Source of the DNA: Rebecca billardiae RCC1528
Lineage: Eukaryota; Protista; Haptophyta
Length of the DNA stretch: 64,000 bases
Direction of reading: 5' to 3'
Assembly (NCBI GenBank): GCA_965240325.2
Contig: OZ251229.1
Span: 1,488,001 to 1,552,000, forward strand
Part shown: positions 24,128 through 35,354 of the stretch, piece after piece
Numbering within the stretch: the stretch's first letter is position 1
How the letters are laid out: each line of letters opens with the position of its first letter
Program-made: the position numbers and the translations under genes
Notes under the pieces: generated by a model
Database searches by the model: none
Told to the model about the DNA's origin: nothing
The model's input: the letters and a program-made list of their open reading frames with translations, nothing else

Positions 24128-25727
24128 ATGGCGATGTTGGCCGCCCGCCGCCTCATCGCACCGCTTGGCCGCACGCACGCACCCATCGGCGTGCTTGCGC
24201 CGATCGGCGCGCGCGGCGAGTCCCGGCTTGCAACGGAGCACCCCATCACGCACGACGCCCCGCACGGCTCGAACCGATACAGCGCCGCTCGGGCACACCT
24301 CGCGCACGGCCTCGCGCCGTCGATCTGCGACATCGAGCTGGACCGGGCGCAGGGCTCGTGGGTGTACACGAAGGATGGTAAGGATCTCCTCGACTTCACC
24401 TGCGGCATCGGCGTGACCAACCTCGGCCACTGCTACCCGCGCGTCGTCAAGGCGTGCCAGGAGCAGCTGACTAAGCTCTTCCACGGCTCGGTTGCCGTCG
24501 GCCTCTCGACGCCAATCATCTCGCTCACCGAGCGGCTGATGGCGGGCATCCTGCCGCCGTCTCACGACCGCGTGATGTACTCGACGACGGGCGCGGAGGC
24601 GGTCGAGAACGCCATCCGCACCGTGCGCTGCGCCACGGGCAAGCAGAACATCATCGTCTTCCAGGGTGCGTGCGGACGCGCCGGTCGCCCCCGCGCCCCC
24701 CGCTCCCCCAGCGCGTCGGCCGCGCGTGCCGCTCACGCGCGCCGATTCGTGCGTCCGGCCGCGCCACGACCCGCGCGACGGCACAGGCGGGTACCACGGG
24801 CGCACGAACGCGACGCTCGCGCTCACGCGCTCCAAGACGGCCTACGGCACGCGCAACTTCCCGCAGATGGGCGGCGTGTACGTCGCGCCTTTCCCGTATG
24901 ACTCGCAGGCGCCGGGCATGTCGGTCGAGGATTGCCTCTTCCAGCTGGACCTGCTGCTCAAGCAGCAGACGGCGCCGGCGGACACGGCGGCGATGATCAT
25001 CGAGCCAGTGCTGGGCGAGGGCGGCTACGTCGCCGCGCCCAGGGCCTTCATGCACGGCTTGCGCCAGCGGTGCGACGCCAACAACATCCTGCTGATCCTC
25101 GATGAGGTGCAGACGGGCTTCGGCCGCACCGGGCGCATGTTCGCCTACGAGCACACGGGCGTGACGCCCGACGTGCTGGTGATGGCGAAGGGGATCGCGT
25201 CAGGCCTGCCCATCGCCGCGATGTCCACGCGCTCCGAGCTCTCCGCACACTGCCCGCCCGGCACGATGGGCGGCACCTACGCCGGCAACCCAGTCGCGTG
25301 CGCGGCGGCCATCGAGACGCTCAACACGTTCGCGGAGGAGCCCATCATCGAGAACTGCGTCGCGCGCGGCAAGCAGCTCGTCGAGCTCCTCGAGGGCGTC
25401 CGCGCGCGGCACCCGCACATCGTGCGCGAGGTGCGCGGCATCGGCCTGATGGTCGGCTTTGAGATGCAGCCCAACGTGCCGTACGGCACCTCGCGCGAGC
25501 TCTCGTTCCGCTGCGCGGAGGAGGGCCTCCTGCTGCTCAACGCCGGCACGTTCGAGACGATGCGCTTCATCCCGCCGCTCACGGTCAGCGCGGAGGAGAT
25601 CGAGGAAGGCGTGCGCCGGTTCGAGACGGCGCTCACCTCGCTCTTTGACGAGCACGCCAAGGCGGGTTGGGACCAGAGCAAGGCGCACTACCACGGGCCG
25701 GCCGCCGAGGCTGCCGGGCTTGAATAA
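24128..25727 (+). CDS. Class III PLP aminotransferase (4-aminobutyrate aminotransferase-like), probable mitochondrial presequence; exons 24128-24665, 24787-25727
   Basis: LDFTCGIGVTNLGH, TGAEAVENA, GGYHGRT, EPVLGEGG, DEVQTGFGRTG, MAKG, GGTYAGNP. Confidence 0.9.
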
Positions 25728-26380
25728 GTGGCAACTGTGGCAAGAGTCACGGCGCCTTCCGCTGCGGCCTGGCGGTCCTTCGGGTTGCCCGCCCTGAGCC
25801 GCGCGCCACCGCCCCCGGGCTCCCACGCCCTGTGCGCGCTCGAATCGAGTCACTCGCTGAGCCGCGGCTTTGTTCACTGGTAACTCGAGGTGAGCTACCG
25901 CGTTACGAATACGACTACGATTCGTGACGGCAACGTGCCACGGTGTCCGCCACTCCGAGCAGACCGAGACCGAGCGGTTCAGTCACAGTGTTGAAGTCAC
26001 TTGTCAGTTGTCCGACTGGCATCAGCGCGGCCGCCACCGCCGGACCGTGACCAGTCGTGACGCCGGTGCCCACGTGTGCGTCGTGTGCCCAGTCACTCCG
26101 GGTTACCAATAGCAATACCACTGGTTACACTGGAATCAGATTCAGACAATGACTTGAATGAGACATCAGTGAGTGTGAGTGACTCACTGCAGCACCGCCC
26201 GCACTGCCTCCGATCGAGGCACTGAATATCAGCAGTGAATGATCAGTGAATTCATAAAGTGATGCCAGGTGGCGGAGGTGGCTGACCACCCGCCACTGCT
26301 CCGCCCAGGATCGGTCAATGCATGACTGACGCCCGCGCGGTCCCGACCGCGTCCGACTCCGAGTGGCCGGGCCGGGCGGG

Positions 26381-27289
26381 GGCCTGTTTTATTTCTACCA
26401 GATTCCATTTACTATGTCACGGCGACAAACCCGTGCTCGCCAGTGGGAATCGGTGTCACGCCCCGTTGGGTGTACCTCTCACGGCCGATGGCGGCCCCCA
26501 CGTGCGCAAGGAATGCGATTCGTGCACTCCTCGGTGACCGGTGAGTGCACGAATCCAGTTGCGGCGCTCGTCCGCCTCGTCGTTGTCGCACACGAGGTAC
26601 ACCCAACACCATGGGTCGGATCCCAGAACTCTCCGCGCGCTCGCGCCTGCGCGGCACTGGCAGGCTTGTTCTCATCATCTTGGCCAAGACTGCAGCCTAA
26701 AAGATGCGCGAGGACGCGTGTGCACGCCTTTCCGCGCGTCATGGGTGCGCGTGGCACGCACCTTGTAATATTATACGCCGAGGAGGCCTGAGCATCCGGC
26801 CTACTAACCTTCCGCGATCACGTTCAAATGCAGGCGGCAAGCTGCAAGCAAGCGCACGCCGAACGGAAGCATCTCAAGCTCGACAAGGTAGTGGCGGCGG
26901 AGCGTTTAGAGCTGGTGGCGATTGCAGTCCATCTGGCTGTGAACTGGTCGCTAACTGACACGGGTGCGACGCAGCAGCCAAGGCAGAGTGCTTGCAGCTT
27001 GCAGAGGGCCTCCAGCTGCAGCGGTTTGCCGCCGCTCGCCGCCGCTGCATCGTGCACACTGCCGTGCACCGCGAGTGACCCCTGTGTCAAGGCGAAGCAC
27101 CACGGCAAGGCGAATCAGCATGTCTGACAACATCCTTCGCCACAGCGCAGCGCCTCAACACGAGAATGCGCAAATTACGTGCCATCACTTCTCCGGACTA
27201 GCTCCGGGGCCCGCACCAGCGGGCAAGCCGCCATTGTACCGCGTTTTGGCGAATGTCGCCTTTGGGCTCTCGTAGAAATAAAACAGGCC
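26381..27289 (+). mobile_element. Non-autonomous PIF/Harbinger derivative
   Basis: Perfect 18-bp TIR GGCCTGTTTTATTTCTAC; internal FPRVMGA-RGTHLVI (26729-26770) resembles the Harbinger FPxxIGAIDGTHI motif; TSD not clear. Confidence 0.7.
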
Positions 27290-27813
27290 GGCCCGCGTCC
27301 GCCGGGCGGCTGACGCTGGCCATGCAGCACGGATCGGAATCGAATCGGATATCGGGCGCCAAGGCCCAAGCGGGTCCGACGCCTGACAGTGAGAAAGTTC
27401 GGCGGGCCCGAGCCCGACGGCCCGAGGGCGTCGCCGTGAGGACAACGGCCAACGCCAACCGCCGGGCCCGAAGGTCGAACCGGGCAACTCGGTCGCCCGT
27501 GCCCGTGGCGGCCGTGCCCGTGGCCGTGGGCGTGAGGGGACCACGTAGTTACCAGTCTCCGACTGGCTCTCCGCGGGTCACCTGCGGTTGTAGACCCGAG
27601 GGCAGGCTGCTGCGCCACTGGCCGCTGCTCACTCAGGAAGCTCCGACGCGACTCGGCTGATCTCGTGCATGCCGGCAGCCGGGCACGCGCGTCTCTCACC
27701 GGGCCGTCGGGAATAGATAAGTTAGGGGCGAGAGCGCGCCCACGCGGAGGCTGTCATGGCGGCCGGCAGGGGTAAGCTGTCGGTGCAGCGCCGCGACGTC
27801 TCCCGCCGGCCGC

Positions 27814-28635
27814 TCACTGCGCTAATCTCAGCCGCTTGGATGGCAGCCGAATGATCTCGCACGCAGTGAGCCTGCCCGCTTGCCGCGCCTTCCACCGGTG
27901 GTAGTCACGAGTTGAAGAGTGCCCGAGGAAAAAGACTGCGCGCGGAGGGGACGCCGAGCAGTGCGGCGGGAACGCAGCAGGCGACGGGTCAGCGTGGCAG
28001 GGCTCGGCTCCGGGGCACGGCGGAGCGCCCGGCGCGAGCGCACACGTTTTGCCTCGGTCATCGAGAGACGGTGTGTCAAGCCGGTCGGGTCGCTGTCGGC
28101 ACCCGTGAGGCTCGTGTCGAGGATCCGACGGTACCTTCGCACGAACGTGTCGAGCAGCGTGCCGCGTAGCGTCTCGCTGACGTCCTCGTCTTGCAACAGC
28201 TCGACGACGCACATCCCATGCATGAAGAAATGCTCATTCTTCTCGCGCAGGTTCAGCACCTCTGGGTCCGCTCGCATCGACTCGCGCGCCCGGTCCCCAT
28301 AGCACCGCGGCACGAAAATGCTCGCGTGACTCTCGAGCACGAGGGCTTTGGCGAGGTATGCCGGCAGCTCGAGCTTCTTCCCGGGCTCCAGCACCGTGTT
28401 CTCGTCGTCGTCGTCCAGCCAGCCCAGGTGGTTTGCATAGTGCTCGAGCTCACACGGCAGAACCTGCGAGGCGCCGGCGCGGTATACGCAGGCACGGGCT
28501 CAGCTTGGGGGTGCGCCGGCGTGCTGATGCGCAGGTATCGGCGGACACGACAGCGCCGGGCGGGACGGGCACGCGGCCCACCTCCTCCTGCGCCAGCAGG
28601 TCGTCGAGCTGCTGCTCGAACGGCCCGCAGCTCAT
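27814..28635 (-). CDS. PSF3: GINS complex subunit Psf3; exons 28635-28582, 28463-28046, 27935-27814
   Basis: LDDLLAQEE-VLPC, LGWLD, GKKLELPAYLA, ADPEVLNLR, F..RYRRILD; two GT-AG introns. Confidence 0.85.
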
Positions 28636-30347
28636 GGCTCCACGAGCACAGCCGCTGCGGTTCGACGTGAAATGGCCGTTGATCACGGCGCTTTCAAAGC
28701 TATAAGTGCGCGAGTCCGGGGAACGGCAATGATCGGACTCGGCGCGCGGTGCCTTCGGACCAGCGACAGGTCGAAAGTGAAAAGGAACAGGTCACCGCCA
28801 TGCCGAGCCGGTTGCCGTCGCCGATGGTAGCGCCGTCGGAATTGGTTCGTTCAGCCGTCCGCCTGCGAGGCCTGGATGAGGGCTGCGGCCGCCTCGCGGC
28901 GCGCCAGCGCCCGTCGTCCTCGCCCCACCGTCGTCCACAAAACGTCGTCGTCCGAACTCTCCGACTGGGCGCCGATGCGACAGCGCGCCGACCGAGAATG
29001 TCCGAGTAGTACGGAATGTGGAGCCCCACTGTCGGTTGGGGAAGGCGTGTATCAAGCGGCATGACTGGGGTAGCTTATCACACAGAAGGCCTGGCCCTCA
29101 GGTGATATGTGCCCCAGTGTGGCGTGTCGGCCTCAAAGCCGGCGGCAGGGTTCTGTTGCCCGGAGGGTTCGCTGGCTGACCAGCTGCCGGGGCCGGGGCG
29201 TCCGGCTGTTTGCGCTTGCGGGCTGGGGCCGGCACTTGTGCCACCCCGCCGCTTGTGCTGGCCTGCATGTATGGCTGCTGCCCAAGGTCGGCCTCGGCGG
29301 GCTGCTCCCGGGCAGGCTGTGTCTGCACGCCGGGTGCGCGCGAAGCGTCGTTTCGTTGGTGAGGAGCTGCAGTTGTGCCTGCTCCGCGCGTGCGGCGCTG
29401 GCACAGCCTGGCAGACTTGCGCAGGGGCGGGGCCGCAGGCACCGCAGGTGTCGGGGACTGGGCTGGTCAGGGGCAGGGGCGCCAGGCCAGAGAGGCTGCT
29501 GCAGGGGATCAGAATCCGGGCGGCCCCGTTTGGCCGGCGGGCCACGCCCCTCCGCGGGGGGGGGTCGCCACGCGGCGCGACGGGTGGTGCTTGCGCGCTG
29601 GCGCTGCTGCTGGCACCACCTAGGCTACACCCTGGGGGGTGTCCAAGCGGGGGGCCTCGTGCCACCGGTGACTGGGGGCTGTCTGTGCGGGCCCTGTGCA
29701 TAGGGCGCTTGCCGGCGCCTGCAGCTGTGCTGGGCGGAGGCCGTGCAGAACTGTCTGGCATCTGCCGCGGCCCGTCACCAGCACCGGTGCCATCACTACA
29801 GTGTGCACGCCACCAGGTGCCCGACTGCATCCGAGCTCTCGGGCCCGCCTGCCTCGTCAGCAGGGGCAGTCTGGCCGGCGCGCGGCTGGAACACTGCGAT
29901 GTCGCGCCCCACGGCCCCCATGACGGCAGCAACCGCGGGTATCATGACAGTGGCGGGCCAGTACCTCGACGCCCCACCGGCGGCGAGCCGGCCATCGGCC
30001 CCGTAGCTTGCTGCAGCCCTGAGCGGCGCGGCGAACTCTTGCCATGGTTGGCTGGGCACCCCCATGGTACGTGGCCCTATACGAGCGGCATTGGGCCGAG
30101 TCAGGCCGCCGTGGCCGTTGACTACTACACTCGAGCCCTGACGCCGACGGCCCGACCAACAGCATGCCATTTGCATTCAAGGACGATCGGCCCTCAGTGG
30201 CCACCTACCGGCCCGGTCGACACCGCGCCAGCAAGGCGCAGGGCCGCGTGACTGCGTGAGCCCGAGGCGTCGCGGCACATGACTTGAACACTAATTTCCG
30301 ATTACTTAATCTAAATTATATTATGTATTACTATTAAGCGACGTGAT

Positions 30348-31289
30348 TCAGGGTCCGAGCACGCCGTTGCAGAAGTCGTTCATGCTGATGTTCATCGCGT
30401 CATCGGTGACCAGCGCTGGTGAGAGCATGAGCTCGAGCAGACTGTGCGAGCTGGGAGCTAAGTTGTCCGCAGGGCATGGTGGACTCGGCGCCGGCGTCAC
30501 ATCCTCACTAGGTAGGAACAGCGGTGGAGTTGACGAGAGCGCATTTGAGAGCTCCGGCCCGATGATGAAGTGGGACGAGCTCTGCAGGTAGTGGGGTGCC
30601 TCCTCGCTCGAGAGGTTGCCGGCGCGAGAGCTGGCCATCGGATAGCCGGCATAGGGCTCGGCTCGAGAGTTGTCCGGGCGCGGTGATGGCAATGGCGGGA
30701 CGACCGCACTCACCATGGAGCTCACGATTTCGCGCCCGAGCACACCGTCGAAGGGCGGCACGTCGGCGACGAGCGAGGAAATGACCGGAGGATGGGGCGC
30801 GGGCACTATTGGCGGACCGATCGACTGCAAAGGCGGTGACACCGAGGCCATGTGCATGGACGCTTCCGGCTGTGGCAGCGACATCGTCTGCGACTCGGTC
30901 GGCGCCGGCTCTGATGATGGTGCCCAGTCGAGTTGTGGCAGGTGCGGGGGGAAGATGAGCGCCATGCCAGGCAGCTCTGCATTCAGAGCGTGATGACGCG
31001 CCTGCATCATGAGGAGCGTCGGGAGTATCGTGGCGGCCGGCCCCTCAAGGGTGCAGTTCGGCACGGCGCTGGCTCCGTGCAGCTTGCGCACGCGCTGCCG
31101 CTTGTTCTGGAACCAGATCCGGGCCTGGCGCCGGTCAATCTTCAGCGACTGCGCCAGTGCATCGACGGTGAGGCGGCTGGGCATGTTGGACACCATGAAG
31201 ACAGCTTCGAGGACCAGCCTCTGCGCCGGGTCTGGTCGCCACCGCGTGCGCCCGTGCGCATCCGAGATGTTGCGGGTCGTGCTGGGCAT
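30348..31289 (-). CDS. Homeodomain transcription factor (paralog 1), intronless
   Basis: RWRP..AQ...LE..F...MP...LA..L....QARIWFQNKRQR. Confidence 0.88.
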   Translation of the reverse strand: MPSTTRNISDAHGRTRWRPDPAQRLVLEAVFMVSNMPSRLTVDALAQSLKIDRRQARIWFQNKRQRVRKLHGASAVPNCTLEGPAATILPTLLMMQARHHALNAELPGMALIFPPHLPQLDWAPSSEPAPTESQTMSLPQPEASMHMASVSPPLQSIGPPIVPAPHPPVISSLVADVPPFDGVLGREIVSSMVSAVVPPLPSPRPDNSRAEPYAGYPMASSRAGNLSSEEAPHYLQSSSHFIIGPELSNALSSTPPLFLPSEDVTPAPSPPCPADNLAPSSHSLLELMLSPALVTDDAMNISMNDFCNGVLGP

Positions 31290-31764
31290 GTTCTTCGCAG
31301 ATCAGGTGAGCGGCTCGCCCGGCGGAGGGGTTATTACGGGAATAATACCGGCCCATGATGAGTAGCGGCACTGCTTGGGAGTGAGTTGGGCTTACGGGAA
31401 TGACCGCCCATGATCGATGATGACGACGGCCCTTGCATGATGAGTATTATAACCAGATAGTCGGCACTATCTAACGCCTCATCACCCTTCTGAGACGACG
31501 ATCACGGACGAGATTTCGTCATCATCATTACAACTACAAGTGTCGACGACGGCCGGCCTGAAACGCGGGTGGACAATCAGGATGACGTATGGATCGGGTG
31601 GGGAGTGGTACCCAAGCAGATTGTTCGCGCTTTGGATCGCTTTCGCGCGCGGATGGCGGTCCGGGCCGGGACTGCGGTCCGTTGTTCCCGACCCATTTGG
31701 CGCTACTCGATCGCAAGGCGGCACATCGGTCATCGCTCCGGCCCCCATCCGGGTGGTAACCCGT

Positions 31765-33105
31765 TCACGTCACCCGCCCCACAGGGACCGTGTATATGAC
31801 CAGGTTCCTCCCCTCGAAGCCGGCGATGCGAGCGACGCGCAGCTCGAAGGCTGGCGGGGGCGCCTCGCCCTGCGACGCAGCATCGCACTCCAAACGCGTC
31901 GCTCGCGGCTCGCTGAGCAGCGCGCGAGCGCACGCCGTCAGATAGCTGATGAACTGCTCGTATTTTCGGACAGGCTCGCCGTCGGCCAGGCGGCGCTGCG
32001 GGAAAAGCGACGGGAAGACGCAGCATGGTAGCACGGCGAACGGCTTGTTCGCGCGGATCGCGAGCTCCACGATGTGCTCCGTCGCCTGGTCTGCGTGCAG
32101 CCCGAGCACCAGCGAACACTCGCGCAGAGCGCCCGCGCCCGCAAACGATGCGTCGAAGCACACCTGCAGCTGCCGCGGCAGCACGCATCGGCGCGCGTGG
32201 GCCAGGTCGGTGACCGCTCGTCGGAAGGTGGGCGGCGTGCATGCTCGCCCACCAGCACGCTCGTCCGCCGTATCCGCTCCGTCCGTGCACGCAGGCGCTC
32301 CCGCCGGCGGCTGCATGGCGTCGGCCGCGGCCGGTGCCTCCCGATCCGCGCGAGCGTTGGCACCTCCAATGCCGCCTTCCCGGACGTCACCGCTGATCGC
32401 CACCGAGCTGTCGTGCATGTGCTTCAGCCCGCGCGCCTGCTTGGGCGTGCACACCACCGGGCGAGGATCGACCACGGTGCACGGGATCCCGCGCCGCACC
32501 GACAGCTCGAACGCTGTGCCCCCTGCGCCCCCGGCGACGTCGAGCACGCCCGTGCCAGCGCGCAGCCGATCCTCGCCGTACACGGCGCACAGCCATGCGA
32601 CGAGGCGCTGGTGGCGCGTGTCGTTACGCGCCCGCGCCCGTGCGCGGGTACGAGGCCAGAGCTGCTGCTCATCGCTCGCCTGCAGCGCCTCCGGCTCCTT
32701 TGGCGTGCACCGTGGCGCAGCGCAGTCCGGAGCAAATCGCAGGCTGCCATCTCCCTCGAGCAGCTCCAGCTCGACGACGTGCAGCACCAGTGCGCCTTCC
32801 AGATCGACCTCTGGGAACGCTCGCGCGCGCACCATGCCGCCTTCCCACCAGACCAGGTGCTCGGCGATGCGCGCCACGGAGTGTGCGGTGAAGAAGCCGT
32901 CGCGATCCTTGAGCATCAACCTGTAGCGCGCGCGCGGCGCGGACTCGAGCTCGAGGGGAGAGTCGGCGGCAGCGGCCGTGCCCACGATGTCGAAGATGAA
33001 GAGGCGACGCGAGAGCAGTCTGGGCCCTTCTGCCTGCCCAAGGACGAGCAGGCGCACGTCAACATGCTTGCCCTGGGCCCACTGCCCGTCTGCAGCTGGC
33101 GCCAT
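31765..33105 (-). CDS. Uncharacterised SAM-dependent methyltransferase-like protein
   Basis: VLDVAGGAG, VVDPRP, GLHADQATE, PFAVLPCCVFP. Confidence 0.75.
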   Translation of the reverse strand: MAPAADGQWAQGKHVDVRLLVLGQAEGPRLLSRRLFIFDIVGTAAAADSPLELESAPRARYRLMLKDRDGFFTAHSVARIAEHLVWWEGGMVRARAFPEVDLEGALVLHVVELELLEGDGSLRFAPDCAAPRCTPKEPEALQASDEQQLWPRTRARARARNDTRHQRLVAWLCAVYGEDRLRAGTGVLDVAGGAGGTAFELSVRRGIPCTVVDPRPVVCTPKQARGLKHMHDSSVAISGDVREGGIGGANARADREAPAAADAMQPPAGAPACTDGADTADERAGGRACTPPTFRRAVTDLAHARRCVLPRQLQVCFDASFAGAGALRECSLVLGLHADQATEHIVELAIRANKPFAVLPCCVFPSLFPQRRLADGEPVRKYEQFISYLTACARALLSEPRATRLECDAASQGEAPPPAFELRVARIAGFEGRNLVIYTVPVGRVT

Positions 33106-33293
33106 CGTGGCGCTGAGCAGGCGAGTTCCCTTGCCCAGCTGCCTTGCCGCACTCTTTCTTGTCGCCAGCAATAATTATCTCCCTTGTCGCCAGTCGCCGC
33201 TGAGAAATTGAACCCCCTTGGCCTATCAATAAAGGAATTTTGGCCTGATCCGCTGATCGGTAGACCCGGATGGCCGGATCGCCCTGATGATCG

Positions 33294-34097
33294 ATGTTGC
33301 GCTCCTCCATGCTCGCAGATGGCGTGCTCCACGTTGAGTTGGCGCGCGGCTCGAAGCGCAACGCGATGGGCGCGGGCTTCTGGGGCGAGTGTGCGCGCCT
33401 CTTCGGCTCGATCGGGCGCGACGGCCGCGACGTCCGCGTCGTGCTCCTCACGGGCGAGGGACCTGCCTTCTCGGCGGGCTTGGACCTCACGGACATGTTG
33501 CTCGTCGCGCACGACGACCCTGGGCGGCGGGGGTGGCGATGGCGCGCGCAGCTGCTCGAGATGCAGGACGCATTCACTGCCATCGAGAGATGCCCCGCGC
33601 CCGTCCTCGCTCTGGTGCACGGCGCGTGCATCGGCGCCGGCCTGGACATGGTGTGCGCGGCGGACATCCGCTGGTGCACCTCAGACGCCTACTTCGTCGC
33701 CAAGGAGGTGGACCTCGGGCTGGCCGCGGACGTGGGCACGTTGCAGCGGCTCCCCGCCGTCGTCGGCTCGCGCAGCCTCGTGAACGAGCTCGTGATCACC
33801 GCACGGCGCATGCCGGCTGCCGAGGCTTGCGCGTGTGGCCTCGTGAGTGCGACTCACGAGAGCAAGGCAGCCATGATGGACGCCGCGCTACGCCTCGCGG
33901 GCGCGATCGCTGCCAAGTCGCCGCTCGCGGTGGCGGTGACGAAGCGCGCGCTACTCTTCTCGCGCGATCACCCCAACGTCGCCGATGGCCTCGAGGACAT
34001 CGCCACGCTGAACGCGTTTGCGCTGCAGAGCGGCGACCTGGCTGAGGCTGCCGCGGCCGTCAGCGAGCGACGACAGCCCGTATACTCGCGGCTGTGA
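33294..34097 (+). CDS. ECH1: Delta3,5-delta2,4-dienoyl-CoA isomerase (crotonase family), peroxisomal
   Basis: FSAGLDL, HGACIGAG, KEVDLGLAADVGTLQRLP; C-terminal SRL (PTS1). Confidence 0.88.
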   Translation: MLRSSMLADGVLHVELARGSKRNAMGAGFWGECARLFGSIGRDGRDVRVVLLTGEGPAFSAGLDLTDMLLVAHDDPGRRGWRWRAQLLEMQDAFTAIERCPAPVLALVHGACIGAGLDMVCAADIRWCTSDAYFVAKEVDLGLAADVGTLQRLPAVVGSRSLVNELVITARRMPAAEACACGLVSATHESKAAMMDAALRLAGAIAAKSPLAVAVTKRALLFSRDHPNVADGLEDIATLNAFALQSGDLAEAAAAVSERRQPVYSRL

Positions 34098-34981
34098 CGC
34101 AAAGTTGAAAGTAGTAAAGCAGTATGACAATCCGTCGTAAGACAGTGCATGTATGTATGCATCCTGATGCATGCGGTGAATTCATCCGCGCCTGCGCTAG
34201 TAGCGCTCGGTTCAGACTACCATCCATTGCAGTGCTGCACTGGCGGTACGGCACGCCCGGTCCGGCGCCGATCCGTAGTGGCGGACCGTCGGAGTGAGTG
34301 AGACTGTGAGTGCTCAGTGAGATCACTGCTGATCAGCACTCAGCAGCAGACATTGCACTGCTAGTTAGTAGTGCGCAGTATTATGCGACGACGAACGTCT
34401 TACTCTTAGCGGTACCGGCCCGTACCGTCTATCTACGGTGTGATACTGATAACGGTCAGTGACTAGTGCAGTGACGATATCAGACCGACCCGCCGGCGCC
34501 CGGAATTGCGGCGGTGCTTTGAACTGATCGTCGGGCCGACGATCCGATTCGATACACTCACTGACTAATATTAACACTAGCTCACGATCAGTCGATCACT
34601 CGCCAGGGCATCATCCCGCATGGCCACTAGTGGGGCATCCGCCTCCGCGGCAGGCTTCGTCGGATCGGATCCATCAGTCCGCCGAAACAGGGCGGGTGTG
34701 ACGTCGCACCGCGCTGCGCGGCCGCGGTGCGGCGGGTGGCGGGCCCGCGACCCAGCACTTGCTACTCTTGGCCGAACGCCTGCGGCGGTGCCCGGCCCGT
34801 TCACGTTCGGAGTGACAAGTACATCCGATTACATGTCGCACTGTCACATCGCCACCGTCGGACTCATGGTGAGGCGGGGTGAGTTGGAGAATGGAGAATG
34901 GTTTGACGATGACGGATGAATAATAGAGGCGGCGTCATCATCTGGCGATGCTCCGTCCGGCGGAGCCGTGACGGGCGTGCT

Positions 34982-35168
34982 GGCTCACGTCGCATGTGAT
35001 GGTCGGCTTCGTCTCCGCAGGGACGCCTGCGTGGACGGGGGAGCCCCGCCTTGCAGCCCTTCACCATCTACTGGCATGTGGAGCAACCGACGTTGGGCCA
35101 CGTGCAGATGATTGCACCCGGTCAGCATGTGCTCGCTTGCGCAGTCGGCAAGCTGCCAAGCAGCGACA
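34982..35168 (+). repeat. Dispersed repeat, copy A (copy B at 38018-38177)
   Basis: Shared blocks CCCTTCAC.ATCTACTGGCATGTGG, ACGTTGGGCC, GATTGCACCCGGTC.GCATGTGCT, GCAGTCGGCAAGC. Confidence 0.85.
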
Positions 35169-35354
35169 AGTAGCGGGTCGCGGGCCACAAAGGTGTCCCA
35201 CCGGCACGGCCGGCTGCCGTCGTCGACAAGTCGCGGCGTTTGCGTATGGGGGTACTGGTACTCCGGCGTGGTTGGGACTTGGGACGTTGGGTTGAGCCGG
35301 GTGACCCGGACAGCCGGACTCGAGAGCGGCGCCGGCCTTGCAGTGCGATCCCCG

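Noticed and set aside
28749-30251. ORFs between PSF3 and homeobox 1
   Set aside because: No recognisable domain or consistent codon bias; may be a TE relic but no termini found
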